A stretch of 64,000 nt of DNA from an uncultured delta proteobacterium (GCA_963760795.1 CAVXEP010000018.1:32001-96000); one strand, 5' to 3'. Numbered from the stretch's first letter, positions 1 to 10,045 are shown. Translations and numbers: made by a program. Notes: generated by a model from the letters alone, not told the origin.

Positions 1-1141
1 TTTCTCTTGCATGGCGGCTCGAGCGACTTCAAAGGCATCGAGCGCCACGCCAAGCTGCTCGCCAGCAAGTACGGCTGCCGGGTCGTCGCCGGCACATTTC
101 CCGGACGATTCTATTTTCCCGATCCGAGCCGCGACTGGCCCGACGACACGATTCACGCCGACGGCACCGTGCGCACGCCGATCTGGAAACAAGGCGAGCT
201 GATCGGGCCGGATCAGTACGAAGTCGTCAAAGATCCCAGCAAGCGCAACCGCTACGGTACCCGCACGGTGGCGAAGGCCAAAGCGGAAACGACTTTCTGG
301 TATCGCATGGCCGCCTGGCCGGCAGCCTTCGAGGCAGGCATGATCGAAGCCTGCAAGCGCCATTTTCCCGTCGGCGAATTTTCCATCTACGGCCAGGGTC
401 ATTCCACCGGCGGCCCATTCATCTGCATGCTCTCACAACGCGTCGAGAATATGGCCGGCGTCTGCGCAACGGAAAATTCGCCCTTCGGTTATCTCTGCTC
501 CGGCCGCGATGTCTGGGGCGGCGAGATGGGCAAGATCACCGGTTACGAGAAACCGGAGAAGCAAGGCAAACCGCGCAGCGATCCCATTCGACGAACTTTA
601 CATACGCACCTGGCGCGACCTCGCCCGCTATCAAGGGCCGGAAGCACTCGGCCAGGAAGGACCGAGCGCCTTGATGCGCCTGCCGGCGATCATGGAAGAC
701 GTCCTCGACGCCTGGGAGCGCGCGAAAAACCGTCCGCAGTTCAAAGCGGAGTATCTCGTCACCCACGCCATCACCGGCTCGTTAGCCGAAGGCGCGAGAG
801 TCAGCGCGGCGCGATTGAAAATGAATAAAGACGAAACCGAAGCGCTGGTACAACGGTTCATCGGCTACACACGAGAAATGTCGGGACCAAACGTCAAACC
901 GGTACCGCCGTTCCTGTTCGAGATCTCCAAAGACAGCCGCGACCACAGCCCCGAAGTCTACAACGAAGTGATCATCCCCGGCTTCCGTGCCATGAAGCCC
1001 GCACCTAAAACCGGCATCACCCGCTTCGGTGCCGGCGTCCACAGCTTCTGGAAACCGGAAAAAGATTTGCCGGCGGGCATCGTGCCGTCGGTGATCAAGA
1101 GTTGGAAAGAGGCGGTGGTGGGCGGATATTTCGTCGCGTAG
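1..1141 (+). CDS. Alpha/beta-hydrolase-like protein; starts before the window, apparent frameshift near 585
   Basis: ORFs 7..828 and 509..1141 join into one protein (…RSDP/PFDELYIRTW…); GHSTGG nucleophile-elbow motif and a C-terminal GVH. Confidence 0.6.
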
Positions 1142-1199
1142 AAATCACCGGCGGTGAATGGCCGATTCTATGAGAGCGAGCTTGATTGTCATCTCGCCG

Positions 1200-1511
1200 C
1201 TAAAAGTCCAGAGCGAATTGCAAACTCGCATACACCTGTTGCATCTTGCCGGCGCTTAGCGTCGTGATCAGCGAACCGATCTTTCCTTTGGAAACCGTCT
1301 GGAGATGGTCGAGATTGACGGCGCAATCTCTCGGCACACCGTCTGTTTTCGTCAGCAACACTTCCGAGGGGATGTCTCGAATCGTCGATGTGATCGGAGC
1401 AACCGTGACCTCACCGAGAAATTCCAGCGCAGAATTCCGGGTCAGAATCAGAACCGGCCGTTCCTTGTCCGGCCGAGAAAACACGTACCATCGAACCTCG
1501 CCTCGTTTCAT
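1200..1511 (-). CDS. mazF: Type II toxin, PemK/MazF family endoribonuclease
   Basis: MKRGEVRWY…KERPVLILT…VTVAPITSTIR…VNLDHLQTVSK pattern; abuts the upstream antitoxin. Confidence 0.9.
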   Translation of the reverse strand: MKRGEVRWYVFSRPDKERPVLILTRNSALEFLGEVTVAPITSTIRDIPSEVLLTKTDGVPRDCAVNLDHLQTVSKGKIGSLITTLSAGKMQQVYASLQFALDF

Positions 1512-1741
1512 CAATCACCCCAAACTTGCTCCGACTCCCAGCCACTAAATTCGCCGCGCTTAACCGGCTTGCGCTTGTAACCCGCGCGGTGCTTGGACTC
1601 CATGCTCTTCGTCCGAAACCCTTTAAGAGCTGATCGCAAGGCTTCGCGTGCAAAGATCGATCGAGTTGTTCCAAGTTTCTTCGCGGCGCTGTCAACGGCC
1701 TTTACCAGGTTCTCATTTAGGGTAATTTGCACTGTCTTCAT
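1511..1741 (-). CDS. Ribbon-helix-helix (CopG-type) antitoxin
   Basis: MKTVQITLNENLVKAVDSAAKKLGTTRSIFAREAL; directly upstream of the toxin. Confidence 0.85.
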   Translation of the reverse strand: MKTVQITLNENLVKAVDSAAKKLGTTRSIFAREALRSALKGFRTKSMESKHRAGYKRKPVKRGEFSGWESEQVWGD

Positions 1742-1804
1742 ATGGGACACTCCAATTCGCTATATTCCATAATAGTCCACATCAGCGTGTGCACTCAAGC
1801 CTGT

Positions 1805-2155
1805 AGTGATCCTCCCCAGCTTCCGTGCCATGAAACCCGCGCCCAAAATAGGCATCACCCGCTTCGGCCCCGGCGCGCACAGCTTCTGGAAACCAGAGAA
1901 AAAGTTACCGGCCGGCATCGTGCCGTCGGTGAATAAGAGTTGGAAAGAGGCGGTGGTGGGCGGATATTTCGTCGCGTAGAAATCACCGGCGGTGTTTGGC
2001 TGATCCTATGCGAGTTTGAATGCTATCCCGCCGTTAAAGACCCAGAGTGACTTGCAAACTCGTATGCACGCCTTCGTCAGCAATACCTCAGAGTGGATGT
2101 CTCGAATCGTCGATGTAATCGGAGCATGCGGACCTCAGCGGGTAGTTCCAGCGCA
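1805..2155 (+). repeat. Diverged direct repeat of 967-1431: 3' end of the hydrolase gene, the intergenic spacer and part of mazF
   Basis: 967-1141 aligns without gaps to 1805-1979 (offset 838), stop codon included; similarity continues into mazF with a deletion of about 110 bp. Confidence 0.92.
2030..2155 (-). pseudogene. Decayed, internally deleted mazF remnant
   Basis: ttgcaaactcg and gatgtctcgaatcgtcgatgt match mazF at about 1218-1228 and 1371-1391; no start and no intact frame. Confidence 0.8.
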
Positions 2156-2260
2156 AACTTGTAAATCAGCGCCGGAAAGCTGAACGCGTTTTGTTGATAG
2201 TTGGTTTCTTCTCTGGATGAGAACTGTCAATCAGCATCCGTTTATGATTCCTTCATTCAA

Positions 2261-2833
2261 TTAATAAAAAAACCCGCCGTAACGATTTTCTATTCTATGT
2301 GTGCTTTGTCCGCCAGAGGCGAACGCCAAAGGAAACTTTAGAGCCTTACTCTTAAAAAGAGTGTCATTGCCCACTCGCTTTGCAGTGACGGCTGCGTGAA
2401 GAAATTCAATGAGTTCCTCGGTATCTTTTAACGCCCGGTCGGCATTCTCGCGATTCACCATTTTGTAGATCTGTAGGTCCCTAAACATATCCGGGTCCTT
2501 GCCTTTTCCCACGTCCATTTCAAACGCGTATGCATCCAGCTTTCCGTGCGCTAGGAAATCCCTCAACCTGCCAAGGTTTCTTATAGTCTGATATGGCCTT
2601 CTACCATGATCGACTTCAATTCCGATCTTTTCGCATATGCTTCGTAGCTTGCCCTGAGTTCCTTTGTACGGTGCTTTGCTGAAGAACTCTCTTTCGTCTT
2701 TCCACGACTCCGCATCGATCCGCGGGCCAACAAGATTCAAGTAAGCCTCGTATGCAAAGTATGCCATCAACATTCCCGACGTAGCAAAATACCCATCAAC
2801 ACGTGATTTGGTCTCTGTTTGGGACAATAGCAC
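2261..2833 (-). CDS. Low-GC hypothetical protein with a HEPN-like RxxxxH motif; the frame stays open to about 2902
   Basis: 190 aa ORF with YFAYEAYLN and RLRDFLAHGK; AT-richer than its flanks. Confidence 0.6.
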   Translation of the reverse strand: MLLSQTETKSRVDGYFATSGMLMAYFAYEAYLNLVGPRIDAESWKDEREFFSKAPYKGTQGKLRSICEKIGIEVDHGRRPYQTIRNLGRLRDFLAHGKLDAYAFEMDVGKGKDPDMFRDLQIYKMVNRENADRALKDTEELIEFLHAAVTAKRVGNDTLFKSKALKFPLAFASGGQSTHRIENRYGGFFY

Positions 2834-3316
2834 TTCGGCGCAATTCCAAAGATGCTGATGAGTAAAGCCTTGTCCCGCAATCTCATAGATCGTGATAGTA
2901 AATCACACCTAGTTAACGTTGGTTAGATCGATGTTAGTCAACATACTAAGTCACGAATTTGGCATCGGTTTCACATAGGGTCCGGGACACCCCTACTACT
3001 GTCATCAACTCGACTTGCCCTTGCTCCAGCCCTCGTATTCTTTCCAGCTGGCATGGCGCAATCGATCAGCCAATGCTTCTTTCCGATGTGTCAAAACAAA
3101 AGGGCAAGTTTTCACACCCGTGCCGACACGTCCCAAATCTTTTTGCGTCCTTTGCGTTCTTTGCGGCCAATCCTAACCCTTCATCCGAAACAACCGCATC
3201 GCGTTGCCCCCAAGAATCTTCTCTTTGTCTACTTCTGATATCCTCTTCATCGCCATGATCGGTGCTATTGGCCCGACTCAGGCACCACCTTGCGCGCCCA
3301 TGCCTGTAATTTCCCC

Positions 3317-4156
3317 TTAAGCAGTGGAAACCGCGGGCTCAACCGCGGATGCCTCTCGTGGAATTTCCTCGGTCAGTTCCTGAGCCGATACGAATTTCTT
3401 TTTTAAAGTCGCCGCTCCGATGATAGTCGCGAATGGCACATCGGCAGCGTCGCGGCCCATGCCGATGCGTACGAGTCCTGCCAGCGGGGCCAGTCGCGTG
3501 GCATCGAACAGGTACCAGTGATTTCCCAGATAGGCTTCGAAAAAGCCATGAAAGTCAGGCGGATCGAGGGCAACGGCGTAACCTGAAACGTAGCGCGCCG
3601 GAATGCAGAGCGCCCGGCACAAGGCGATCGCCAGATGGGCGTAATCGCGGCACACACCGGAGCGTAGGATGAGCACGTCACAGGCACCGGTCGAAGCGTT
3701 GGTAATGCCGGGTAGATAGTTCAGATGGTCGTACGTCCATTGACAAATGGCAGCGACACGAGAATAACCGCGATCCAAGCGGCCGAACTCCGCCATGGCG
3801 AAATTAGCCAGCCGATCCGACTCACAGTAGCGACTGGGATTGAGATAGGGCAGCACCTCCTCAGGCAATTCTGGATGGTCGATCTCGGGAATTTGCGGCG
3901 GGCTATCGACTGCGGGGTTCAAACTAACGCTCGCCTGATAATGAAGCGTCAGCTCGCCGGGCATGGTCTGGAGGCGAAACACGCGATTGTCCTCAGCGCC
4001 GAGAGAGCAAATGTCGTATTCCTTGGCGGGCTCGACACGAACGTCTTCATGGTGCACCGCCTGATGCTGCGTGTTCGCCGCCGTGACATGAAATAAGAAA
4101 CTGGTCGGCGCTGTGACTTGATATTGCAATTCACAGCCCACTCTAATTAACGACAT
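3317..4156 (-). CDS. Transglutaminase-like family protein
   Basis: YLNPSRYCESD, GVCRDYAHLAIALCRALCIPARYVSGY, DFHGFFEAY, FDAT (Cys-His-Asp triad). Confidence 0.92.
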   Translation of the reverse strand: MSLIRVGCELQYQVTAPTSFLFHVTAANTQHQAVHHEDVRVEPAKEYDICSLGAEDNRVFRLQTMPGELTLHYQASVSLNPAVDSPPQIPEIDHPELPEEVLPYLNPSRYCESDRLANFAMAEFGRLDRGYSRVAAICQWTYDHLNYLPGITNASTGACDVLILRSGVCRDYAHLAIALCRALCIPARYVSGYAVALDPPDFHGFFEAYLGNHWYLFDATRLAPLAGLVRIGMGRDAADVPFATIIGAATLKKKFVSAQELTEEIPREASAVEPAVSTA

Positions 4157-4179
4157 GATTGTACCTTAGTCTGATTTCG

Positions 4180-4905
4180 TTAACGAACATTTGATAAAAG
4201 TGATTTCGCCCAATCCATCGGAAACTCACCTAGAGCGACGCCCAAGCGCTGTTGCCACCACGCAGCGGCGGACGCCAGCGCCGGTTCATCGAAGCGCTGT
4301 TGATGAAGCGAGCGGGTTGACGGATCAAAAACAATAACGTCAATCGGGAAAGCAACATCGATAACACTCGTGCGAGTCGCATCGAAGGCAAGATAAGCCA
4401 ACCCCAAAGCCTGGGTGATCGGGGTGCCGACGGCCAGCAACCGGTCTAGGATCGGCCTGCCATATAGCGTGCGACCGAGGATAAAATAAGGCGAGTCCGA
4501 GGTCGCTTCGATCCAATTGCCTTCCGGATAAATATAAAACAGTGTGGGGGTTGGATCACCGTCGAGCTGCCCGCCAATGATCGCGTGCAGATTAAAACTT
4601 AAGCCACCTTGGGCGAGCGCCGCCTCGTCTTCCTGACGGACTCTGCGCAACTGTTCGCCAAACGACTGGGCGACCTGATAGAGGCGTTCAAAACCTAGGG
4701 CTTCTTCAGCGAGTTTCTCTTCAAGATAAATTACGGTCTTGTCGCGCACCGAGCGCAACCCCGAGGTCATAATAAAAAGCTGCTGCGCACGATGGCGTAC
4801 CAGCGCGAGTTTACCCTTGCTGAGCCGTTCGCCTCCTTTAACGATCTGCGTGTCGGCCAGCGCGACCAAACCCTGCTCAACTTTAATCCCCACGCAAAAT
4901 GTCAT
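4180..4905 (-). CDS. Proteasome-type threonine protease, Anbu-like Ntn hydrolase
   Basis: MTFCVGIKVEQGLVALADT (N-terminal Thr), IIGGQL, LFYIYPEGNWIEAT, YGRPILDR; next to the transglutaminase. Confidence 0.85.
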   Translation of the reverse strand: MTFCVGIKVEQGLVALADTQIVKGGERLSKGKLALVRHRAQQLFIMTSGLRSVRDKTVIYLEEKLAEEALGFERLYQVAQSFGEQLRRVRQEDEAALAQGGLSFNLHAIIGGQLDGDPTPTLFYIYPEGNWIEATSDSPYFILGRTLYGRPILDRLLAVGTPITQALGLAYLAFDATRTSVIDVAFPIDVIVFDPSTRSLHQQRFDEPALASAAAWWQQRLGVALGEFPMDWAKSLLSNVR

Positions 4906-5228
4906 TGTTGCCAATCGACTAGAGTGCCGATCGCGACCGGCAAGCTTATCCGATAATCTTAATAGATTGCAGACGTTATACAAGGAGGAGATCTAGAGCC
5001 CGCACTTATTGCGGTGTCTGGGCTCCGGCCGCGGTACACCAGCACATCGAATAAGTAATACCGAATCCCCGATGCCCTTGCGCGGTGATACTGCAGCAGC
5101 TTGAACGAGTTCTGACCGTCATCGTCGAGCGCGCCGCAACTTTGTAGCGCTTTGCAAGTCTAGAATCTTGCTTTAGAGAAGCCTTGCGCTATCAACTTTG
5201 CGCCCTATGCGTTCTTTGCGGCCAATTC

Positions 5229-6332
5229 CTAACTCTTCATCCCAAACAACCGCATTGCATTGCCGCCTAAAATCTTCTCCTTATCTTCCTCCGATATCCC
5301 CTTCATCGCCTTGATCGGCGCGATCGTATTCGGCCAGGTGGAAATCGCGTCGCCGTGGTCGAAGTCGCTGCCGATAATGATGTTGTGGTTGGGCCAGACT
5401 TCGACGATCTGCGGCAGGTAATCCTCCCAGGCGATGGCGGCGATGTAGAGCTGATCGAAATAATCGCTCGGTGCGCGTTTGAGTTTGTCGCGCTTGCGGA
5501 AAAAGTCGTTCACCGAAGTCGTGCCCGGCGACGCGGATAGGGTGTGGTGGTTGAGGGTCTTCATCAGCCAGGGCACCCAGCCGATGCCGCCTTCGAAAAA
5601 TGAGATACGCAGATCGGGAAAGCGGTCGAGCACGCCGCTCATGATCAAGCGCGCCGCGCTGACCATGTAGGTCAAAGGAAATCCGAGAGCCGTCGCGAGC
5701 ATCTTGAAGCCATCGTAACGGTCGCTGCCGACCAGCCAGGGATGGCAATCCTGCGCTTCGAAGACGCGCGTACCGGGATGAACCAGGATCGGCACATCGA
5801 GCTTGCAGACCTCTTCGTAAAACGGCCACAGCACCTCGGCATCGAGATCGCAATTAGCGTGGCCGCCCATGAGCTTCACGCCCTTGAAACCTAACTCTTT
5901 GACCGCGCGGCGCAGTTCGCGGATCGACTCGTCGACATCAGGCAAGTAAACCCAGGCGATGCCGAGAAAGCGCTCGCGTCCGGCGATATCTTCGGCCACC
6001 GTGTCGTTGTAGGCGCGCGCCATGGCCACGCCGAGATCGCGATCCACTTCGTAGATCAGCGGCCGGTTATCGGCGATCACCACTTGGTAGTCGAAACCTT
6101 CGCGCACCATGACATCGTGGTGCATGTCGAGATTCCAACGGGTCTCGCTGAACGAGTGAATCTTCTTGCCGTCGCGAAAGTAAGTCGCCGCATCGCCGGG
6201 AAAGTCGACGCCGAAGCGGCTCACCGCGCCGGTGCCTTTTTGGAATTCGATATGGCCGCGCCCCGGATGATCTACCTTGTCGATAAAACGCACCGGCCAG
6301 TAATGAGTATCGCCGTCAATGTACATCATCAC
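5229..6332 (-). CDS. Amidohydrolase family protein (Amidohydro_2)
   Basis: IDGDTH, PILVHP, FEGGIGWVP, GSDFDH, KILGGNAMRLF. Confidence 0.9.
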   Translation of the reverse strand: MMMYIDGDTHYWPVRFIDKVDHPGRGHIEFQKGTGAVSRFGVDFPGDAATYFRDGKKIHSFSETRWNLDMHHDVMVREGFDYQVVIADNRPLIYEVDRDLGVAMARAYNDTVAEDIAGRERFLGIAWVYLPDVDESIRELRRAVKELGFKGVKLMGGHANCDLDAEVLWPFYEEVCKLDVPILVHPGTRVFEAQDCHPWLVGSDRYDGFKMLATALGFPLTYMVSAARLIMSGVLDRFPDLRISFFEGGIGWVPWLMKTLNHHTLSASPGTTSVNDFFRKRDKLKRAPSDYFDQLYIAAIAWEDYLPQIVEVWPNHNIIIGSDFDHGDAISTWPNTIAPIKAMKGISEEDKEKILGGNAMRLFGMKS

Positions 6333-6365
6333 ACCTCGTCGTAGTTTAATCGGAGTCGGAAATTA

Positions 6366-6476
6366 CTCCCGCAAAGACACAAAGTCGCCAAGTTCGTGCG
6401 GGAAATATTAAAATTCTTGCGAATGCATTTCACGCGAATTATCCGAACTTTGCGAGCTTAGCGTCTTTGCCGGAGA
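6366..6476. repeat. Intergenic inverted repeat of the cgcaaag/ctttgcg family
   Basis: ctcccgcaaagacacaaagtcgccaag pairs with ctttgcgagcttagcgtctttgccggag; related copies at about 3141, 5196, 7883, 59654 and 62249. Confidence 0.7.
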
Positions 6477-6600
6477 TAATCCGAGATTCGTTGGTCGTGA
6501 TTCTATGGTTTGCTCGCCAAGAGATCAATAACGTTTGACCCACTTTAGTCGAACCGATACATTGGCTGGACTCAGAAACCTTCCGGAGCATAACAACCGA

Positions 6601-7851
6601 GTGAGCGAAGCTTCAGATCATTCCCATCCCGCTGACACCGTAATCCGCCCCTGGTCGTCCCTGCTGATCCGCGATTACCGCTTGATTTTCACGGCGATTC
6701 TTTGCGGCAACACCTCGAACCACATGCGCAGTGTGGCGACGCTGTACCACGTCTACCAACTGTCCGGCTCATCGGTGCAGCTAGGCTTCACCGGCTTCTT
6801 TCAAGCCGCGCCGTTTATTTTTTTCGGCCTGTTCGGCGGCGTGCTCGCCGACACGCTCAATCGCAAGAAACTGATCGCCATCACCCATAGCCTCAGCATT
6901 GTGCCGGGATTGCTGCTGGCGCTGCTAACCGTCAGCGGTTCTATTCAAGTCTGGCATATCAATGTTCTAATGGTGTTTGCCGGCTCCCTCCAGGTGCTCG
7001 GCGGTCCGGCGCGCCTGGCGATCATTCCGAGTTTGATACCGCAGTCCCATCTGCTCAATGCCGTGACCATGTCGACCTTGGTGATGCAGGGAACCCAGCT
7101 CACCGCGCCGGTGATCGCCGGCTTCATGATCGACTTCTACGGCCTCGCCGCTTCCTACATGGTCGACGCATTTTTGCCGCTGCCGTCGGTGCTCGCGGCG
7201 CTGCTGATTCGCGGTTCAGGAATACCGCAGGGGCAACGCCGGCAAATTGGCTGGCACAGCTTGATCGAAGGCGTCGAGTTTATCTGGCACACGCGGATCA
7301 TTCTGTCGCTCTTCGTGCTTGATTTTTTTGCCGTGCTGTTCGGTTTCTATCGGCCGATCCTGCCGATCTTCGCCGATGAAATTTACCATGTCGGCGCGCG
7401 CGGACTCGGCATGCTTTACGCCTCCCCGGCGATCGGCGCGCTGGTCGGTTCGGGCATCCTGCTCGCTTTCGGCGACGTCAAGCGCAAGGGCGCGCTTTCC
7501 GTCATCGCCACACTGTTCTTCGCTTTGAGCTTAGGTCTATTGGGATTGTCCCAATGGTTTTGGATGGGACTGATCGCCGTCGGGCTGCTCGGCATCAGCG
7601 ACGCCATCAGCGTCGCCATGCGCCGCACCGTCGTGCAGATCCTCGCGCCCGACGACATGCGCGGCCGCGCCACCAGTTTTCTCACCGTCTTCGCCCAGAC
7701 CACCAACGCCACCGGCGCGGTCATCGCCGGCGCCGGCGCCGCGCTCATCGGCGCCCCCAACGCCGCGCTGGTCGGCTGCGTGCTCTGCGCCCTTACCGTC
7801 GTTGGCACTTGCTGGGCGATCCCCCAGCTGTGGCACTATCGGTCGGAGTGA
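6601..7851 (+). CDS. MFS transporter (EntS/DHA3-like)
   Basis: Many hydrophobic segments; GGVLADTLNRKKL motif A and APDDMRGR; GTG start at 6601 inferred. Confidence 0.88.
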   Translation: MSEASDHSHPADTVIRPWSSLLIRDYRLIFTAILCGNTSNHMRSVATLYHVYQLSGSSVQLGFTGFFQAAPFIFFGLFGGVLADTLNRKKLIAITHSLSIVPGLLLALLTVSGSIQVWHINVLMVFAGSLQVLGGPARLAIIPSLIPQSHLLNAVTMSTLVMQGTQLTAPVIAGFMIDFYGLAASYMVDAFLPLPSVLAALLIRGSGIPQGQRRQIGWHSLIEGVEFIWHTRIILSLFVLDFFAVLFGFYRPILPIFADEIYHVGARGLGMLYASPAIGALVGSGILLAFGDVKRKGALSVIATLFFALSLGLLGLSQWFWMGLIAVGLLGISDAISVAMRRTVVQILAPDDMRGRATSFLTVFAQTTNATGAVIAGAGAALIGAPNAALVGCVLCALTVVGTCWAIPQLWHYRSE

Positions 7852-7882
7852 AGATCGTTTCGGGTCTAGAGAATCGGGGAAT

Positions 7883-8032
7883 CTCCCGCAAAGGCGCCAA
7901 GGCCGCAAAGGTGACGGGCGATGCCCGTCATCCCGAGAGAACACGAGGGATCTAAGAAAGATTTCTCCCAACGGTCGCAATGACAGTAAGGGCGATTCAT
8001 GAATCGCCCCTACCTTTGCGCCTTAGCGGGAG
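7883..8032. repeat. Nested REP-like palindromes
   Basis: Outer cccgcaaaggcgccaag…ctttgcgccttagcggga encloses gtcatcccgag…aatgac (7927-7984) and gtaagggcgattcatgaatcgccccta (7986-8012). Confidence 0.75.
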
Positions 8033-8047
8033 GAATATCCGAATCAC

Positions 8048-8488
8048 TTATTTTCCGACAATCTCTTCGTAGGTCGGTGTCGGCATGCCCGGCTTCCAGG
8101 TCGGATCGCAAAGTTCGAGCATGTTGCCGCTCGGATCGAGAAAGTACAATTCACGCCCGGTGAAGTGGCCCTTCTCACGATAGACCACTGCTTCGGCGAT
8201 CCTGACGCCCTTCTCATGCAACAGCTTGGCACCGCGATCCCACATGTCGGGGCTGACCATAAACGCATGGTGCAAGCGGTTGTCTTGCTGCGGTGTGCGG
8301 GTCAGCGACTCTTTTCGTTCGCAAAGCAGAATATCGTGGCTGCCGGCTTTGAAGCAGGACATTTTTGAGCCACCCAAACGGCCCTTCGACTCGAGACCGA
8401 GAATCTCGCCGTAAAATTTCTCCGATTCCTCCAAATTGTTCACCGGGATCGACCAGTGGACCACACCTTGAACTTGTAAATCAGCCAT
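8048..8488 (-). CDS. VOC/glyoxalase family protein
   Basis: VVHWSIPVNNLEESEKFYGEILGL; HHAF; YFLDPSGNMLEL. Confidence 0.9.
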   Translation of the reverse strand: MADLQVQGVVHWSIPVNNLEESEKFYGEILGLESKGRLGGSKMSCFKAGSHDILLCERKESLTRTPQQDNRLHHAFMVSPDMWDRGAKLLHEKGVRIAEAVVYREKGHFTGRELYFLDPSGNMLELCDPTWKPGMPTPTYEEIVGK

Positions 8489-8594
8489 CCGCACCTCCAG
8501 TTTTGTTTTGCGCATCAAACCATAGCACCGAGGAAAAACGCAACCGAGCCTGCTGGCTCACTACTTAAACGAACAAATCCCGACATTGATTTTG

Positions 8595-8682
8595 ATCCCC
8601 CCTTTGAAAAGGGGGGAAGGGGGGATTTTCGTATACGCGCTAACTTCAAATCCCCCTCAGTCCCCCTTTTTCAAAGGGGGAT
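8595..8682. repeat. REP-like inverted repeat (cccccttt…aaaggggg type)
   Basis: 8595-8628 is a near reverse complement of 8648-8682, and each arm is itself a hairpin. Confidence 0.8.
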
Positions 8683-8698
8683 GTTCTACGGCCTCGAA

Positions 8699-9934
8699 TC
8701 AAAGCTGCAGCGCTACCACCGTCTCCACCTCCGCGGTCTGCGGAAACATGTCGAAAGGCTGCACCGATTGAATGCGGTAGCCGGCCTGCGCGAGTTTTTC
8801 CAAATCGCGCGCCAAGCTGGTCGGTTCGCAAGAAACATAAATGAGCTTGGGCGCGCGCAATTCCAGAACGGCAGCAAGAGCAGCGGCCTGGAAACCTTTT
8901 CGCGGCGGATTGGCGACGATCAGATCGAGCGGAATCAATTGCCCGCGCAGCTGCTGCACCATCGCCGCGGCGTCGCCGGCGAAGAAGCGGCTGTTACCCA
9001 CGCCGTTGCGCCTGGCATTTTGCTTCGCCGTGGTGATGCCGGCTTCGTTATCATCGATACCCCACACCTGGCGCGCACCTGGAGCAAGATTGAGCGAGAT
9101 CGGCCCGACGCCGCAGTAAAGGTCGAGCACCGACTCTTTACCGGTGAGCTGCGCCAACTCAATCACATGATCGTAGAGTTTTTGCGCGGTGTTGGGATTA
9201 GACTGGGAAAACACCCCGGCGGGATAGACCAACTTGAGTCCGCCAATTTGTTCTAACAGGGTTTCACGCCCGGAGAGCATGCGGTTGACCGCGCCCCAGA
9301 TGACGTTGCCGCGGTTTTCATTGATATTGAGGATTACCCCGGTCACGAAAGAGAATTTTCGCTGCAGCGCCCGCGCCAGCATTTCACCCTCGGGCAATAC
9401 CGGATGGCGGCTAACCAACGTCACACTGACTTCCTGCCGGGCAAAGCTATAACGAAAGTCGACGTAGCGCAGATCACCGCTGTCGTCGCGCTCGTCATAG
9501 GGCACAATCCCCAACTCCAGCGCCCGGCTCTTCAGATAGTCCAACACCTGATTGACCCGGCGCGGATGAACCGGGCATGACGAGATATCCATCACCCGGT
9601 GCGTCTGCGGCACATAGAGTCCGGTAGCGATGGCGCCGCCGCTCTTGCGCACCACCAGCTTGACCCGCGCGCGATAACCCAGTCGGCGCGGCGACGGCAC
9701 CACCTCGGGAATCGCCACCTCCTGCAATGTGGGAAACTTGCCAAAGGCCGCGCCCACCAACCCACGCTTACGCACCAGCTGTTCAGGATAGGGCAGATCG
9801 ATAAACGGACAGCCGATACAGTTTGGATAGTGCCGGCATGGCGCCTGGTAGGGTCCGCGGTCCGCGCCATCCGCCGGCTCGACCCGACCGTGGCGAGCAT
9901 TCTGCGGTCGGGGCTTAAAAAATCGCTTTTCCAT
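8699..9934 (-). CDS. rlmD: 23S rRNA (uracil-1939-C5)-methyltransferase
   Basis: CRHYPNCIGC Fe-S motif, LDLYCGVG, NPPRKG, IYVSCEP, PFDMFPQT. Confidence 0.9.
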   Translation of the reverse strand: MEKRFFKPRPQNARHGRVEPADGADRGPYQAPCRHYPNCIGCPFIDLPYPEQLVRKRGLVGAAFGKFPTLQEVAIPEVVPSPRRLGYRARVKLVVRKSGGAIATGLYVPQTHRVMDISSCPVHPRRVNQVLDYLKSRALELGIVPYDERDDSGDLRYVDFRYSFARQEVSVTLVSRHPVLPEGEMLARALQRKFSFVTGVILNINENRGNVIWGAVNRMLSGRETLLEQIGGLKLVYPAGVFSQSNPNTAQKLYDHVIELAQLTGKESVLDLYCGVGPISLNLAPGARQVWGIDDNEAGITTAKQNARRNGVGNSRFFAGDAAAMVQQLRGQLIPLDLIVANPPRKGFQAAALAAVLELRAPKLIYVSCEPTSLARDLEKLAQAGYRIQSVQPFDMFPQTAEVETVVALQL

Positions 9935-10045
9935 CGGGCTACTCTATCGGTCAACCAGACACCGATCAATTACACCTAAACTAATCACCTGATGTCTGTC
10001 TCGGAAACGGTCGAATTCCCTCGCCATCAAGCGGAGAGTGGATTT

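Noticed and set aside
967-1979. Gene-tail repeat as a diversity-generating retroelement TR/VR pair
   Set aside because: Mismatches involve all four bases rather than only adenines, the repeat extends into mazF, and there is no reverse transcriptase
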